Counted from the stretch's first letter, positions 25,549 through 40,590 are shown. The stretch: DNA of 64,000 nucleotides from Octopus sinensis (GCF_006345805.1 NC_043011.1:63934464-63998463), one strand, 5' to 3'. Notes: generated by a model not told the origin, from the letters alone. Translations and numbers: made by a program.

Positions 25549-26789
25549 TAGAGGCCCATGATGTTGCGTTTGCAGTACTCTTCCTGTCATTACAAGGTGT
25601 TCTTAGCTGGTATACAGCATGTTTCCGAGTAAACCTTTGCTTTTATGGGTATATTTCTTCTGAATTCGGTGAGAAATATATTTTTATCGGATGAAATGTG
25701 CCGTACAGAGTTTTCAGGGCCAAATTTGGTGGACGACTTTCTAATATAATACTATCCTGTCCTTAGGTTATCTCTATATTTATTTTGACAATCTCTATAA
25801 ATCATATTTGGAAAGTATTAGCAAATGTATATTCGTAAATATACCTAATTGTCGGCGACTGCAAAAAGCCAAAAATTTACAAATCACGAAGTGTAGCGCT
25901 GAACGTTCATGCGATTGCCTTCTCATGAAACTGGTACTGTACTTCTAGCATCTTCAGAAATGTAGGTTGCATCATAAAAAAGCCATAGTAATGGCATAAT
26001 GTATATAGCTTGTCACTATTATCTGTTATTCAAATAATGTATCATATAGTAATATAAGCCTTCTTCCGTGGATCATGGTATCAGTTGCCAGGTAGCTAAC
26101 ACAAACAAAGTATTTTTCGCTCTATGAAGAAAGTCGTAGAACCCAAATAAATAAAATTATATATATTTATGGTATTATCTGTTAATTTAGCTGGTGAAAA
26201 CAATTAAATTATACGAGCACTCGTTTTCCATAAATTAAAATTGTGACTTGAGATGGTAGTAATGGCGTACGCTCTTCTTGCCAGCCTATTTCCTAGGTTG
26301 GTAAATCTGCATTCGAAGCAGCCTATACGTGATCTATGGGGTTCTTAAACCACGGGAAAGCGTCCATAATTTGATAAGCTATGTGATTTACACCTGTACT
26401 AACGTTTAGTCTTCCATACTAACGTTTAGTTTTCTTTCTTCTAATGATGACTGCCTGTTTGGGTAAATTTCTTTCTCCTTTTAATTATGCTTGGAATGTT
26501 ATTAGGCACAAGCCTAGGAGAAATATATCCGGATAATAGTAAATTTCAAGAGAGTGCGCAATATTTTCTGTGTTTCATATTCTCGTGTCATTTTGTGGTC
26601 GTTCAGATCAAGCAATCCGGTGAGGATAAGGTTTTCCCTTACTTAACGATTCAAATATATTGTTGTTTACAAAATCTACCGAGTATTTGGCACAGTCTGC
26701 GCATTTTATAGTTATCAAAAGATTGCTTTGGTACAATGGTAGAACGTCTGTCATACCTACAGAAAATATGGGTCCAGATCAAACAACCA

Positions 26790-26925
26790 ACCTTCACTTT
26801 TTGACCGATAGGATAAGTATTAGGCTTACAAAGAATAAGTCCTGGGGTCGATTTGCTCGACTAAAGGCGGCGCTCCAGCATGGCCGCAGTCAAATGACTG
26901 AAACAAGTAAAAGAGTAAAAGAGTA
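26790..26925 (+). mobile_element. 3' part of octopod SINE (OR2-like tail)
   Basis: CTGGGGTCGATTTGCTCGACTAAAGGCGGCGCTCCAGCATGGCCGCAGTCAAATGACTGAAACAAGTAAAAGAG. The same tail occurs at about 45945-45990. Confidence 0.7.
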
Positions 26926-27197
26926 TAGCATGCGCCTCAACATTTCGTATTAGACGCTCGTGATTCCTATACATTTTTACTATTCTTTATAATTCTTCTG
27001 GTTTTCTACACGGCTCCTAAGTCCTGGCGAGGATAGTATGTTGCATGGCAATCACATGACTGGTAAATAGTAAATACACGGTGAAAATATTCGTCGAGTA
27101 TTGAGTGTATGCAACAACAATACCACTTAGGCATGGATTACAAAAGAGGTACAGGAGAGGACACCGAAAACAAATATTAGGTACTTGTTATGCTCAT

Positions 27198-27780
27198 TTC
27201 AAATTTGGGGGAAGCCAGCAAATTTCGAGGGACACAGTGAATGGATTGCATTAACTTCGTTGCTATTCTGGTATTTATTTTATCGACCCCGCAACGATGA
27301 ATGTCAATCTCGATAGATTTTGATACCAGAACCTAGATACGGATAAAATTACGCTAACCACTTTATCCGGTGTGCTAACTATTCTGCAAACTCACCGTGA
27401 AACGTATTGTAACATGGATTTAAAATTTTGTCACGTGTCCAGGGAGATTAGGTAAGGTGTCAATTCAATTGCATTGTCCCCAGTACATAGATGATACCTA
27501 ATTTACCCTCAGATGGGAGTAAATTCAAAGCCAACCTCGCAAGAATTTGTAATAAGTATGTGAAGACGGACATGCCGCTAAGCATTTTCGCAGATGTCAT
27601 AAATACCCCACCAGCTTGCTGTCCTAGGTATTTCTAATATTGGTTTCTAATTATGGTCCAAGGTCAGCGATTTTTGGTTGTCAGAATGTCCTTCACACTG
27701 ACACTGCAACCCAACTAGTATTTATTTTACCGAACCCGAAATTACGAAAGGCAAAATCGACTTCAACTGATTTTAGTTAC
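27198..27780 (-). mobile_element. Three adjacent decayed SINE copies in the same orientation
   Basis: Repeated TTTTA(T/C)CGA.CCC core remnants and SINE tail starts near 27198, 27420 and 27645. Confidence 0.55.
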
Positions 27781-28677
27781 TTCTAATAGGAACATTAGAA
27801 GATAATTGTGTTACATCCAAGTGCAATAAAATTTCCGTGCTAACATTTGACGGCAACGAAATTTTTTGAGAGCTATAATTGTAATGTTTAACATAGGTAT
27901 TTAAATAGGTATGAAGCTTCCCTAAGGTATTAAAAGATTTGGAATGCAGTTATTACGGTGTTGAGTTTGCCGTAATAGATAAAGCACAGCATGTAGTTAG
28001 AAAGTTGGTTTATTCATATACGAATAGCGCTGAATGCTCACCGGGTGGAAGAAGCAGAGATAAAACTGCAATGAAGGACAGGAAAGAATGAGGAAAAAAA
28101 GCAGGAAAGAAAGGAGCTGCAAAGAAAGAGTTATAGAAGTAAACAGTGGAAAAACAAGAGAAATATGGATAGAAAGAAAAATACAGAGGCAGGAGTGGTT
28201 ATGAAATAAAGGAGAAAAAAGCAGAAAAGGAGGAAAGTGGGAAGATAAAACAAAACAAAATGAAAGACATTCAAAATTGTTGGAATTGCTGAGTAAAAGA
28301 AAAGCAGGAAATGGAAGAATGGTGGGAAAAGAAATAAGGAATAAGGGAAAAGGAAACAAAGAAACGGTAAAAATTGTATAATTGATGCACGCGGACTGAC
28401 TCACATAAAATGGGTGATATTTGACTCATGCACTTCTATAGTAAACGAAAATCATTTCAGATTGGGAGAGGCGATGGCAAGATAAAAATTGATTTATTAC
28501 AATTGAAAAGTTAATGAAATGAGAGAGAATAAAAACATTGAAGGCGATGGAGCAAGAAATAAAAAAAAATGTAATAACAAAGATAGTTTTAAATTTGGTA
28601 ATACTTTGGAATGTTCACTTTAGATATTATGCAGCAAATTGAGTGCGAATATATACACACACACATACACACACACA

Positions 28678-28771
<94 letters not shown>

Positions 28772-29009
28772 AGATTTTATGTAAGTTGCTTTGCGGGAGC
28801 AACTGTTTAATCGAAAGTGTATGTTATAATTGAACGCTCGAAATACGAGACTAGAAAACCAGGCAACAACTGATGAGAAGTCGCGCTTTGTGTTGTTTGG
28901 TTTGCTTCCATTTCTGTCTTTCGTTGTTCGAAAGAATAGTTCATGTTCCATGTACTCGTGCTTCGTATTTTCTTTGTACACGTTTCGTGATGTCCCTGTG
29001 CCCACATAA

Positions 29010-29189
<180 letters not shown>

Positions 29190-29244
29190 AAGAGAAAGAG
29201 AGACAGACAGAGACATAGATAGATATAGAATTAGTAGGCTGTTA

Positions 29245-29450
29245 GTGGGTAGAATCGCTTGCATGCCGGGCAAATTACTTTGCAGAATTTCGTCAGTTTC
29301 CACCTTCAGATATAAAATTCCGCTGAGATCCACGTTGCCTTTTGTCCTTTCGGGTCGATAAATTAAGTACCATGAAACCCCGACGCCGCTGTAATTGACA
29401 GTCTCTTCCCCTAAACTTCCAAGCCTTGTGCCTTTAGTACAAAGTATTGT
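29245..29450 (+). mobile_element. tRNA/Deu-core SINE
   Basis: GCATGCCGGGCAAA..AATTCCGCTGAG..CCTTTCGGGTCGATAAATTAAGTACCA. Confidence 0.75.
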
Positions 29451-31619
29451 TGTTTATTGTAACGGAATGCATGTTCTTGTTTACTCGTAAATTCTTTTGC
29501 TCTTAATTTTGTCTTCCAAAGTGGTTCATTGCTTATTTTTTTCAATATGCTTGTTAAAACCATCACTTCTGCATAGGGCCGGTTGGATTCGCTGTTTATG
29601 GCACTTTGGTGGGGCTCAAATCCGAAAAGAAAATATACATTTTGTTTCGAAAATCAATTAATTTTAAAACAAACATAGTGAAGCCAACTTTACTGAAAGA
29701 CATGGAAGGGTAAAAAGAAGGTAGCTCTGATTGAGGGGTGCGAGACGAGACGCTGCCCTTCACCTTCTACACAAGTGGAAGCAGAAGCAAATATCCAACA
29801 AACTCAAAGCTCATTGGACCAGATTACTCCGAAAAGAAATAACAGCAGCAGATAGAGTAGTATCACAAAACAAAGAACCAATTCAAATAATGACAATGTA
29901 TTCCCTACGATTAATTGGACATTACTTCACCAGCAGTAACAAGCCTACGAACATCCCCACCACCAACACTAAAACGAATAAAACTACGATAGAGTAACTA
30001 AACAAAAACAACTTAATCGTCAACAATAACGACAATACATTCCAAGCCAAGGCTGCGAAAAACTCACAGCTATTTGAAATAGATTGTCACATATTTGTTT
30101 AGCTGAGGCAGCTAAGAGAAAAGCACGGGCTGACGTTGTCATCACCACTCCCCAGGTGTTGGCAGTACCAAAAATAAAAATAGACAGTTATTTATGTGTT
30201 TCTATTAGCACAAAGCAGCCGGAGACGGCCAGACAGACAGGTGTGTAAGATGCACTGCAAGACATAATGGCTGGCATTCAACGTATCTCCAGGGAGAAAC
30301 AGTTCGCGGGTATTTCAGTGCTCTTTTAGTCTGAAGCTCTGCTCGTCAAGCACTCTGTTGTTCCAGGTCCAGGCACAAAACATGTGCTTCACCCGTTGTA
30401 CAGATCTCAGGAATTCCATCGCAGGTAAATTTATGGTGGACTTTAGCGGGCTTTATGGTGGAATTTGAATGCACTATTTTAGAATACAGCCATGGAAACT
30501 GCTTACTGCGAACAGCAGTCCCCCCAAAGACACAACAAACCAGTAACGATCAGTAATAAATCAGCCCAAAACCCAGCAACAACGGCATCATCAATACCAG
30601 TAAAACAAAATCAGTGAATGGTGGAAGATCACCAACACCAACAACGACAGCAACACATGCGCCACCAACACTTCCTTCAACAACAGAAAGAATAATAAAA
30701 TTTAGAGGCATACATATCATCTAGGGGCTCTCCAAATGAAACTCTATCACCACATCCATCTCTTTGTCTTGTCTAAATCCAAATACATTTTAAGGATGCA
30801 CATCCCGATTCTACACGGAGTTAAAACGAGTGAAACAGAGAAACCAAATACAGCAAAATGTAACCAAAATAAATATCATATCCAAGAACTCGAAGTTGGC
30901 AGGTGAAAACATCACAAATTTGGTGTCTGTACGGTCGACATAGATAGAATCCATAAGTAAGGTCCCGGACACTGAAAGCTCAATGCGTCCTTCCTTGCGT
31001 GACAAACATTTAGATACCGGGTTTGCAAGTTACTCTATCGAAGCTGTCGGGTGCAACTGACAGCAACCGATGGTGAGTACACCTGAAAAGGCCTATTAGA
31101 CTAGAAGAGGTAGGTTTTAGTACAGAAATACTGTTAGGGGATTCTTGTATTGAAGGAGACCTAGTTAGAAAGCTAGAGGTGGCTGGTGGTGAGATTGACT
31201 CTTGATTAATTCTTAATTCTTGATCAATTCTTCAACTTTGAAGGTTGTAATGTCATGAAGGCAAGGAAGCCGTTCCATGCTCGCGGGCCACAGAGGGACA
31301 CGGCTGCAACAAAGACAACATAAACAAACCAACACCAGGTGTCACCTGCTGGGTGGGGTGTCAAATATAAACACAAAATGCATGCACACGCATGCAGGCA
31401 TGCATACATGTATATATAGATGTATGGATGAATGTAAGTCTATGTATGTGAAAAGAAACGTGAAATTACCGACTCATAAGCGCGGGTATCCCGGGTTCAT
31501 GTCGTATTTATGCCCCTCTTGTTTATTCACCGGTCCCTCACATTATTATATGCAAGATTACATGCAAAACCAAGGCAAGCAAATGCGTGCCGAATTTCAC
31601 AGGCATTTTGAGGTGCTGT

Positions 31620-33030
31620 AGAAATCGCGTATTGAGTGTGCGATTGGTGTGGACTTAACTTCTTACCTCGGCAGTATTCGACGTTTCTCAGCCAGGTATG
31701 CATGGTTCCGAACAAGCGGAACACAGGAGACCAAACAGACAATTTTAGGCTCATAACTTACTGAACACAGATTATAAGATTTTGGCCAATATATTAGGCC
31801 TAAGCTGGTAGGAGAGGTAGAGATGTGTGCTAACTCAGTCACATCTACCCACGACACACTCCACGCCACGCATTACATTATAGAGATGGTACGTAAGTGG
31901 CTTAGTATGGTAGGAACCCGATCAATTTGGATCAGTTATAAGCTTGTGATAGTGTCAACCATTAGTACTTTGAGGCTGCCCTCACCTTGGCCTGTGTCGG
32001 TCCCGTTCTCAGAAACTAGATTGCTGCAATGTAGAGCGACATCTTTATGATTTTCGAAGTAAACAACCAGATATCGGATCGCTTCGCATCACACGTTGGG
32101 TCCTTCAAGAATTCCCACCCACCCCCTTTTGTACGTGGTTGTTCTGAATCTATTACTAAGGAAGATGGCTATTTCTAGGTGTTTCCTACCTGGAGTAGGA
32201 TGAACAATGTTTGTGTCTGCTTATACGGATAACGTCACCGCAATAATTCGGACAGCTTAGAAATCGAGGTGATCCGTACTTATTTAAGGAAATGCGTAGC
32301 GGTGACAGGTGCAAAGATTATTCAGAAGATGTCAGTGGCCTTGCAGATCGGCACCTGGAAATGCAGGTCCAGACCAAGCCTCAGTATCGTAGGTGCCTGG
32401 ACAGCAGGTCCGGTTAAATGGATCTATTACTAGTTTTGTAAAGTCCTCCAGGTGGGTGAGAACTGGAACAGGCGACACGCAGTGTGGACTTCGTCACCCA
32501 GAAACGAGCAGAGAAGAGCTGTCCCTGAATAATCGGGTGAGGTCGGAAAACGAAACAACGCTTCCATCATCTACTAACATCTAACCGTCGACCGTTGCCA
32601 TGCTTTGTGACTGACGAAGCTACAGCCCTTGCTCTTACGTGTTGTGTGGAAGGACGTGTTCTTCTCATCAGACAGTCCATCTGCAGTCGTTTGAGTGGAT
32701 GACTACGCATGTCGTGGCTAATGATGTGCAGATGTAGGTTGAGGATGCGCTATCTCCAACGTTTTCTCGGTCCGCTTTTGTGAAAAAGAATTTCCACAGT
32801 TAATCTCACTAAAGGATCAAGGGTAGACAGGGAATGGTTGCTCAGCACCTAGTGTGTGGGCAAGCGCTCACAACCCCCTACTAGTTGAGAAATAGGATCG
32901 ATTGAAGTCCAACATTGGAGTTCTATAAGGGATTAGAGGCGGGTTAAGATTGGCAATCTCTTTGGGGAAAATCTGGGTGTCGGGAGCGATCGGTTAGTTG
33001 GACATTTCTGGAGGATTTGTCCCACGTGAC
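31620..33030 (+). pseudogene. L1/Tx1-type LINE RT region, heavily degenerate
   Basis: DNFRLITLLNTDYKILANIL (31738 onward), VSAYTDNVTA (YADD-equivalent, about 32215-32245), IGTWK..GAWTAGPVK and LQVGENW, across several frames. Confidence 0.8.
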
Positions 33031-33083
33031 CCTTGTGTTGTATCGTCCATTCGTGGAAAATAGAGAACTTTCTTCTTCTTCTT

Positions 33084-33114
<31 letters not shown>

Positions 33115-33117
33115 TTA

Positions 33118-33192
<75 letters not shown>

Positions 33193-33193
<1 letters not shown>

Positions 33194-36100
33194 CATTCAG
33201 TAGTTTTATTTTTTAAGCGTGCTTTCACTTCACTACCGAGCGCAGCTCTGTGTGACTTGGGTATGTGCTGTGATTTGTTGTGATGCTCTGATGGTTATTG
33301 TATGGAAAGTGTTATGCGTAGGATTTGTGCAGTGCCTACTAGTGCAATTTTCTGTATGTTATATGTGTTTGTAAGTCCTGGTGTTTTTGTTATGTATTTG
33401 TCTGAATATTTTTTTATCATGCCTAATGCACCTACTATGATAGGAATTGTTTCTGTTTTTAGATTCCACATTCTAGTTACCTCTATTTCCAGGTCTTTGT
33501 ATTTTTTGAGAGTTTCTCCATTTCTTTTAGAGTCACGTTGTCATCTGCCGGTATTGATACATCAATTAGAAAGCATTTTTTTTCTTCATGATCTCTGACA
33601 ACTATCTTTCTCGTTTTCTGTGACCTTTTCTGGTGTGTGCCTATACCATCTTTTTTCTGTTGTTATTCCATAATGTTGGCATAGCTTCCAATGTATGTAG
33701 GTTCCAACTCTGTCATGTCTGTGAATATATTCCTTCTTAGCCAGGACTGGGCAGCTAGAGATAATATGATTTATTGTTTCTTGTCCATCTCCACATATTC
33801 TGCAGTTACTTGTTATATTTCTTTTCATTACATGTTCTTGGTAATTTCTGGTGGGGAGGCTTTGGTCTTGTGCTGCAATTAAAAATCCCTCTGTTTCTGC
33901 TTTGAGTCCTGAGCTTCTCAACCATTGCTGGGATATTTCTTTGTCTATTTCTTTTGCGTTTAGCTTAGTGCAGTATTTAACATGAAGGGGCTTTTCTTGC
34001 CATCGTTTTATCATGGCTCGTTGCTGTTCTATTTTTAGTTTGGATTTCATTTGTTTTAAAGCTTTTGTTGTTTCTTCTTCATCTTATTCTTCTTCTTTGT
34101 GTTTATTAGGTGGTATGATTTCTTGTTTGTATTTGTCAGCTTCCTTAAATACTGAGAACAGTTTTTTTGTTTTGCTCGTGTTTTGCTGCTATCTGGATCA
34201 GTTTTCCTTCCTTCTGAAGTAGGTATTTTTGCAGTCCTATGGTGGTTATTTTATAGTAGTTTTCCAGCTGTATAAGGCCTCTACCACCTTCTATACGTTG
34301 TATATATAGTCTTTCTATGTCAGATTTTGGGTGATGCATCCTAGATACTGTCAGTTTTTTTCTTGTTTTCCTATCTATTTTGGACAGTTCATTTCGTGTC
34401 CAGTTAAGGATATTGTAGCTGTAACTTATAACTGGGACAGCTAAAGTGTTGATACCTATTATCTTGTTTTTAGCATTGAGCTCTGTTTTAGTATTGATCT
34501 AACTCGTCTATAATATTCTTTTTTTATTTTCTCTTTCATTTGTGTGTGTTGTGTCTTATCTAGTTCATGGATTCCTAAGTATTTGTGAGTTTGTCTTTGG
34601 TCTAATTCTTTTATTTCATTGGTTTTATCTAGTGTGATGTTGTTACTCTTTACTAGTTTTTCTGTTTTCATGGTTACTTTGGCGCATTTTTCTAATCCAA
34701 ATTTCATATCTATTTCTTTGGTAAATCAATGCACTGTCTTTAATAGTGTTTCCAGCTGTTTGTCATTTGCAGCGTATAGTTTTAGGTCATCCATATATAA
34801 AAGGTGGCAGATCGTTTTGCCGTAACATTTATATCCGCATCCAGTTCTATTTAGCATATCAGATAGAGGTGACAGTGCCAAGCAGAAAAGGAGTGGAGAG
34901 AGCGTGTCTCCCTGGAATATTCCTCTTCTAATGGGGATGTCTTTGGTTTTCATGAGTCCCTCTTTTGTTTGGAGGTGTAGGACTGTTTGCCATTTATTCA
35001 TAGAGTGCTCTATGAATTTTATGATTGTTGGTGCTACTTTGTTAATGGTTAGTGTTTCGAGGATCCATGTGTGGGGGATGCTATCAAACGCATTTTTGTA
35101 GTCAATCCAGGCCATACTGAGGCCTTTCTTCTTTCTGTGGCTGTCTTCAGTTACGGCTTTATTAATCATTAGTTGATCTTTACAGCCATATGAGCCCTAG
35201 GCGGCATCCATTCTGCTCTTCTGGGAACAGTTTGTTTTCGTCCAGGTGCTTGTTCAGCCTTTGCGATATCACTGCAGTAAATGCCTTGAACATAGTAGGG
35301 AGGCAGGTTATTGGTCTGTAGTTTTCTGGTTTTGTTGTTTCATTTGATTTGGGAATTAAGATGGTTTTCCCCTTCGTGAGCCATTCAGGCATTGTCTCTG
35401 GCTCTGCTAATATGCTGTTAAATTTTTCAGACAGCTTTTTGTGCATTCCTGTTAGATATTTCAACCAGAAGTTGGGGATCTTGTCATGCCCAGGGGCCTT
35501 CCAGTTGCTTAGTTTTTGCAGTGCCTGGGTGACCTCTTCAGTTGTTATGGGGGTCCAAATTTGTTCAGATGCCGAGTTTGTTATTTTCATACTCCTTTTT
35601 TTTGGCTGTTCGTTCGCCGACCATATTTCCTTCCAGAATTCTTCCAATTCTTCTGCCGTTGGTGCTGCAGTGACATCTATTTTATCTTTGCCCAGTTCTT
35701 GGTAGAACTTTTTGGGGTCGGAGTTGAACTTTTTGTTCTGTTCAAAGAAGCGTTGGCGTTTCTCGTACCGGCGGATCCTTTGAGCTTTGTCAAGGATATC
35801 TTGCTTCAGCTTTTCTTTTATCTCCGGCAAATCTTTTTCTGTGATGTTATATTTGCGGAGCATTTTTGTTCTCTTTTTGTTGCTCAGTAGCGTTGCTTGT
35901 TTGCTGATTTCATTAAGAATCGACAGGTCTTTTCTAATTTTTTTTTATTTTGTTTTGGATGTTATTTATCCACAGGGTTTGTTTGGGTGGTGGTACTCCT
36001 GTTTGGGCGGGTTTGGGTGAGTATCCAGCTTCTTTTCTGGCTGCAGTGGCTGCTGCGTATATCAAGTCATTTAGTTCAGTGATATCACTTCTTTTTGTTT

Positions 36101-36953
36101 CAGTGGCTATTTCAGTGATGGCTAGGTTTATGTTATTTATAATTGGTGTTGTTATTGCGTTTATTTTTATTCTTGGGAGGTATGGTCGGTGGTCCATTTT
36201 GAGCTCTGTGGTTTTTAGTTCTTTGATTATTTTATTTTTTATATTATCATATTCATTAGGCTCCCCTTCGTTGTTTACATCGTGTTTGTTGGGAATGTTG
36301 CGTTTGTCTTCGTGTTTTACAGTTTCAGTGTTTATATTATTGGGCATTGTTGTGTGGCTTCTATCTACATTTTCCTGGTGTATTTTTTCTTTTAAATGTC
36401 CTATGTCTATTTATGATATTTTTTTGGCTTTGAGAATGTATTGTCGTTCGTTAGCTAATTTATTAGGGTTCATTGCTGTATCCAAGTCTATATCTCTATT
36501 ATTTTCCTTCCATATTTTATATGTATGTGTTGTTGTATTTTCATTTTGTGGGTAGAGCATTGCTGTGAAGTATGCGTGTAAGATAGAAATGTATTCCTCA
36601 CGTGTCCATTTACGTCTTTTGGGTTTTAATTGCGGGACATGAGGTACAACGTCCGGCCCATTATTTGACGGTCGTCATTTCGTAGGGTACCGGTCCGTTT
36701 ATTTCTGTTGTCACATTATTTCGCACGTGTAGTTTTTCGTACATTTTTTGTTGTAGGTTTAATGTACGTACCGCTCGATTGTTATTCTTGGGTTCAATAT
36801 TATCGGTGGCATTTAATTTCTTCGTTGTTCCTTTGTACATGGTGTTTGAGGTCGGGGATGATCGTGTTGTTCCACGCATGTTTACATGTGTTGTGTTAGA
36901 GGAGGAGTTAATATCGAGTCAAAATACATCATTTCGTTTCGAAAATAGTAATA
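33193..36953 (-). mobile_element. R4/Dong-clade non-LTR retrotransposon, copy 1, near full length, frameshifted
   Basis: N-terminal KRRKWTREEY; RT motifs NWKAPGHD, YRPITCLPT, AWIDYKNAFDS, RRGIFQGDTLSPLLF, LLYMDDLKLY; CRICGDGQETINHIISSC; C-terminal QKIALVGTAQILR. Flanked by (TAA)n on both sides. Confidence 0.92.
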
Positions 36954-37013
<60 letters not shown>

Positions 37014-37078
37014 CATTATTTTTATTTTTATTATTATTATTTTTATTATTATTATTATTATTATTATCATAATTATTA

Positions 37079-40000
37079 TCATTCAGTAGTTTTATTTTTA
37101 TAGCGTGCTTTCACTTCACTACCGAGCGCAGCTCTGTGTGTCTTGGGTATGTGCTGTGATTTGTTGTGATGCTCTGATGGTTATTGTATAGAAAGTGTTC
37201 TGCGTAGGATGTGTACAGTGCCTAGTAGTGCAATTTTCTGTATGTTATATGTGTTTGGAAGTCCTGGTGTTTTTGCTATGTATTTGTCTAAATATTTTTT
37301 TATCATACCTAATGCACCTATTATGATAGAAATTGTTTCTGTTTTTAGATTCCACATTCTGGTTACCTCTATTTCCAGGTCTTTTTATTTTGAAAGTTTC
37401 TCCATTTCTTTTAGAGACGCGTTGTCATCTGATGTTATTGATACATCAATTAGAAAGCATTTTTTTCTTCATGATCTCTGACAACTATATCTGGTCCGTT
37501 GGCCTTAATTTCTCTATCTGTGTGTATTGGCATATCCCAGAGTATTGTTGCTTTCTCGTTTTCTGTGACATTTTCTGGTGTGTGCCTCTACCATTTTTTC
37601 TGTTGTTATTTCATAATGTTGGCATAGCTTCCAGTGTATATAGGTCCCAACGTTGTCGTGTCTGTGAATATATTCCTTCTTTACCAAGACAGGGCAGCCA
37701 GAGATAATATGATTTATTGTTTCTTGTCCATCTCCACATATTCTGCAGTTACTTGTTATATTTCTTTTCATTACATGTTTTTGGTAATTTCTGGTGAGGA
37801 GGCTTTGGTCTTGTGCTGCAATTAAAAATCCCTCTGTTTCTGCTTTGAGTCCTGAGCTTCTCAACCATTGTTGGGATTTTTCTTTGTCTATTTCTTTTGC
37901 ATTTAGTTTTGCCTTGAGTCCTGAGCTTCTCAACCATTGTTGGAATTTTTCTTTGTCTAATTCTTTTGCATTTAGTTTAAGTCCAATATTTACCTTGAAG
38001 GGTCTTTTCTTGCCATCGTTTTATCATGGTTCTTTGCTCTTATAGTTTTAGTTTGGATTTCGTTTGTTTTATAGCTTTTGTTGTTTCTTCATCTTCTTCT
38101 TCTTCATATTTGTTAGGTGGTTTGATTTCTTGTTTGTATTTGTCAGCTTCCTCAAATACTGAGAACAGTTTTTTGCTTTGCTTGTGTTTTGCCGCTATTT
38201 GTATCACTTTTCCGTCCTTCTGAAGTAGATATGGTGGTTATTTTATAGTAGTTTTCCAGCTGTATAAGGCCTCTACCACCTTCTATACGTTGTATATATA
38301 GTCTTTCTATGTCAGAGTTTGGGTGATGCATCATAGATCATGTCATTATTTTTCTTGTTTTCCTATCTATTTTGGTCAGTTCATTTAGTGTCCAGTTAAG
38401 GATATTGTAGCTGTAATTTATAACTGGGAGAGCTAAAGTGTTGATACCTATTATCTTGTTTTTAGCATTGAGCTCTGTTTTCAGTATTGATCTAACTCGT
38501 CTGTAATATTCTTTTTTTAATTTCTCTTTCATTTGTGTTTGTTGTGTCTTAACTAGTAAATGGATTCCTAAATATGTGTAAGTTTGGCTTTTTTCTAAAT
38601 CTTTTATTTCATTGGTTTAATCTGTGTGATGTTGTTACTCTTAACTAGTTTTCCTCTTTTCATGGTTACTTTGGCGCATTTTTCTAATCCAAATTTCATA
38701 TCTATTTCTTTGGTAAATCCATGAACTGTCTTTAATAGATTTTCCAGCTGTTTGTCATTTGCAGAGTATAGTTTTAGGTCATCCATATATAAACGGTGGC
38801 TGATCGTTTTGCCGTAACATTTATATCCGCATCCAGTTCTGTTTAGCATATCAGATAGAGGTGACAGTGCCAAGCCGAAAAGGAGTGGAGAGAGCGTGTC
38901 TCCATGAAATATTCCTCTTCTTATCGGGATGCCTTTGGTTTTCACGAGGACTTCTTTTGATTGGAGCTGTAGCACTGTCTGCTATTTATTCATAGAGTGT
39001 CCTATGTATTTTATAATTGTTGGTGTAAGTTTGTTAATGGCTAGTGTTTCGAGGACCCATGTGTGGGGGATGCTATCAAACGCCTTTTTGTCGTCGATCC
39101 AGGCCATACTGAGGCCTTTCTTCTTTCTTTGGCTATCTTCAGTTATGGCTTTAGGTGACCTGCAGTGATTTCTATTTTATTTTTGCCATGGTCTTGGTAG
39201 AACGTTTTTGGGTTGGAGTGGAACTTTTTGTTTTGTTCAAAGAAATGTTGGCGTTTTTGTACCGGCGGATCATTTGTGTTTTGGCAAGGATATTTTGCTT
39301 TAGCTTTTCTTTTATATCAGGTAAATCTTTTTCTGTGATGTTGTATTTTCGGAGTATTTTTGTTTTCTTTTTGTTGCTTAGTAGCGTTGATTGTCTACTG
39401 ATTTCATTAAGAATCGACAGATCTTTTCTCATTTTTTGTATTTTGTTTTGGATCTTATTTATCCACAGGGCTTGTTTGGGTGGTGGTACTGCTGTTTGGA
39501 TGGGTTTGAGTGATTATCCAGCTTATTTTGTGGCTGCAGTGGCTGCTGCGTATACTAAGTCATTTAGCACAGTGATATCGCTTTTGTTTCAGTGGCTATT
39601 AGTTCCGTGACGCCTAGATTTATGCTGTTTATAATTGTGTTTGTTGTTTCGTCTATTTTGATTTTTGGGAGGTATGGTCGGTGGTCCATTTTGAGCTCTG
39701 TGTTTTCAGTTTTTTGATTATTCTACTTTTTATATTATCATAATTATTAGGCTCCCCTTCGTTGTTTCCAGGTTTTCGATTTGTGTCGCTTTCTTTCTCA
39801 TTCGTATGTTTGTTTGTCGTCTTTTGGCTTGCTGTTTGTCGTGTATTATTATGTATCCTTACAGTCTGGGTTTGTTGTTTTTTTTTTACATCTTATTTGT
39901 TTGAAATGTTACGTTTGTTTTCTTGTTTGTCTGTTTCAGTGTTTATATTATTTGGCATTGTTGTGTGGCTTCTATCTATATTTTCCTGAGGTATTTTTCC

Positions 40001-40590
40001 TTTTAAATGTTCTATTTCTATTAATGATATTTCTTTTGCGTTGAAATATATCTCCCTATATTTGCTAGTTTCTTTGGGTTCATTGCTGTATCCAGGTCTT
40101 TATTTATGTTATTTTGCTTCCATATTTTATATATATATGTTGTTTTTCGCTCTTTTGTTAGAGCACTGCTGTAAAGTAAGCGTGTAGGATTGAATGTATT
40201 CCTCACGTGTCCATTTATGCCTTTTTGGTTTTATTTGCGGGACATGAGGAACAACGTCCCGACCCATTATTTTGACGGTCGTCATTTTCGTAGGGTACCG
40301 GTCCGTTCATTTCTGTTGTCACATTGTTTTGCACGTGTAGTTTTTCGTGCATTTTATGTTATATAGTTTAACGTACGTCCTTCCCCGATTGTTTATTCTT
40401 CGGGTTGAATAATACCGCGTATTATTTAATTAATTCGTGTTCCTTTGTACATGGTGTTTGGGGTGGGGCCGGAGTCTGATCTGGTGTTGAGGATCGTTCT
40501 TATAAAAGCATGTTTACATGTGCTGTGTTTGAGGTGTGGAGATGATATCGTGTTAAAATACACAATTTCGTTTGGAGAGTAGCAATAAAT
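37079..40590 (-). mobile_element. R4/Dong-clade retrotransposon, copy 2, with internal deletions
   Basis: Colinear with copy 1. Retains the RLE motif EIKANGPDIVV, lacks about 500 bp at 39155, and has an approximately 70-bp tandem duplication at 37845-37980. Confidence 0.92.

Noticed and set aside
29540-31250. GC-richer block upstream of the L1 fragment as ORF1 or a host gene
   Set aside because: No long open frame or recognisable motif was found, so it is left unassigned.
32609-32640. CTGACGA-AGCT as a hammerhead core
   Set aside because: No GAAA or stem III follows. The sequence encodes LTKLQPLL within the L1/Tx1 ORF2.
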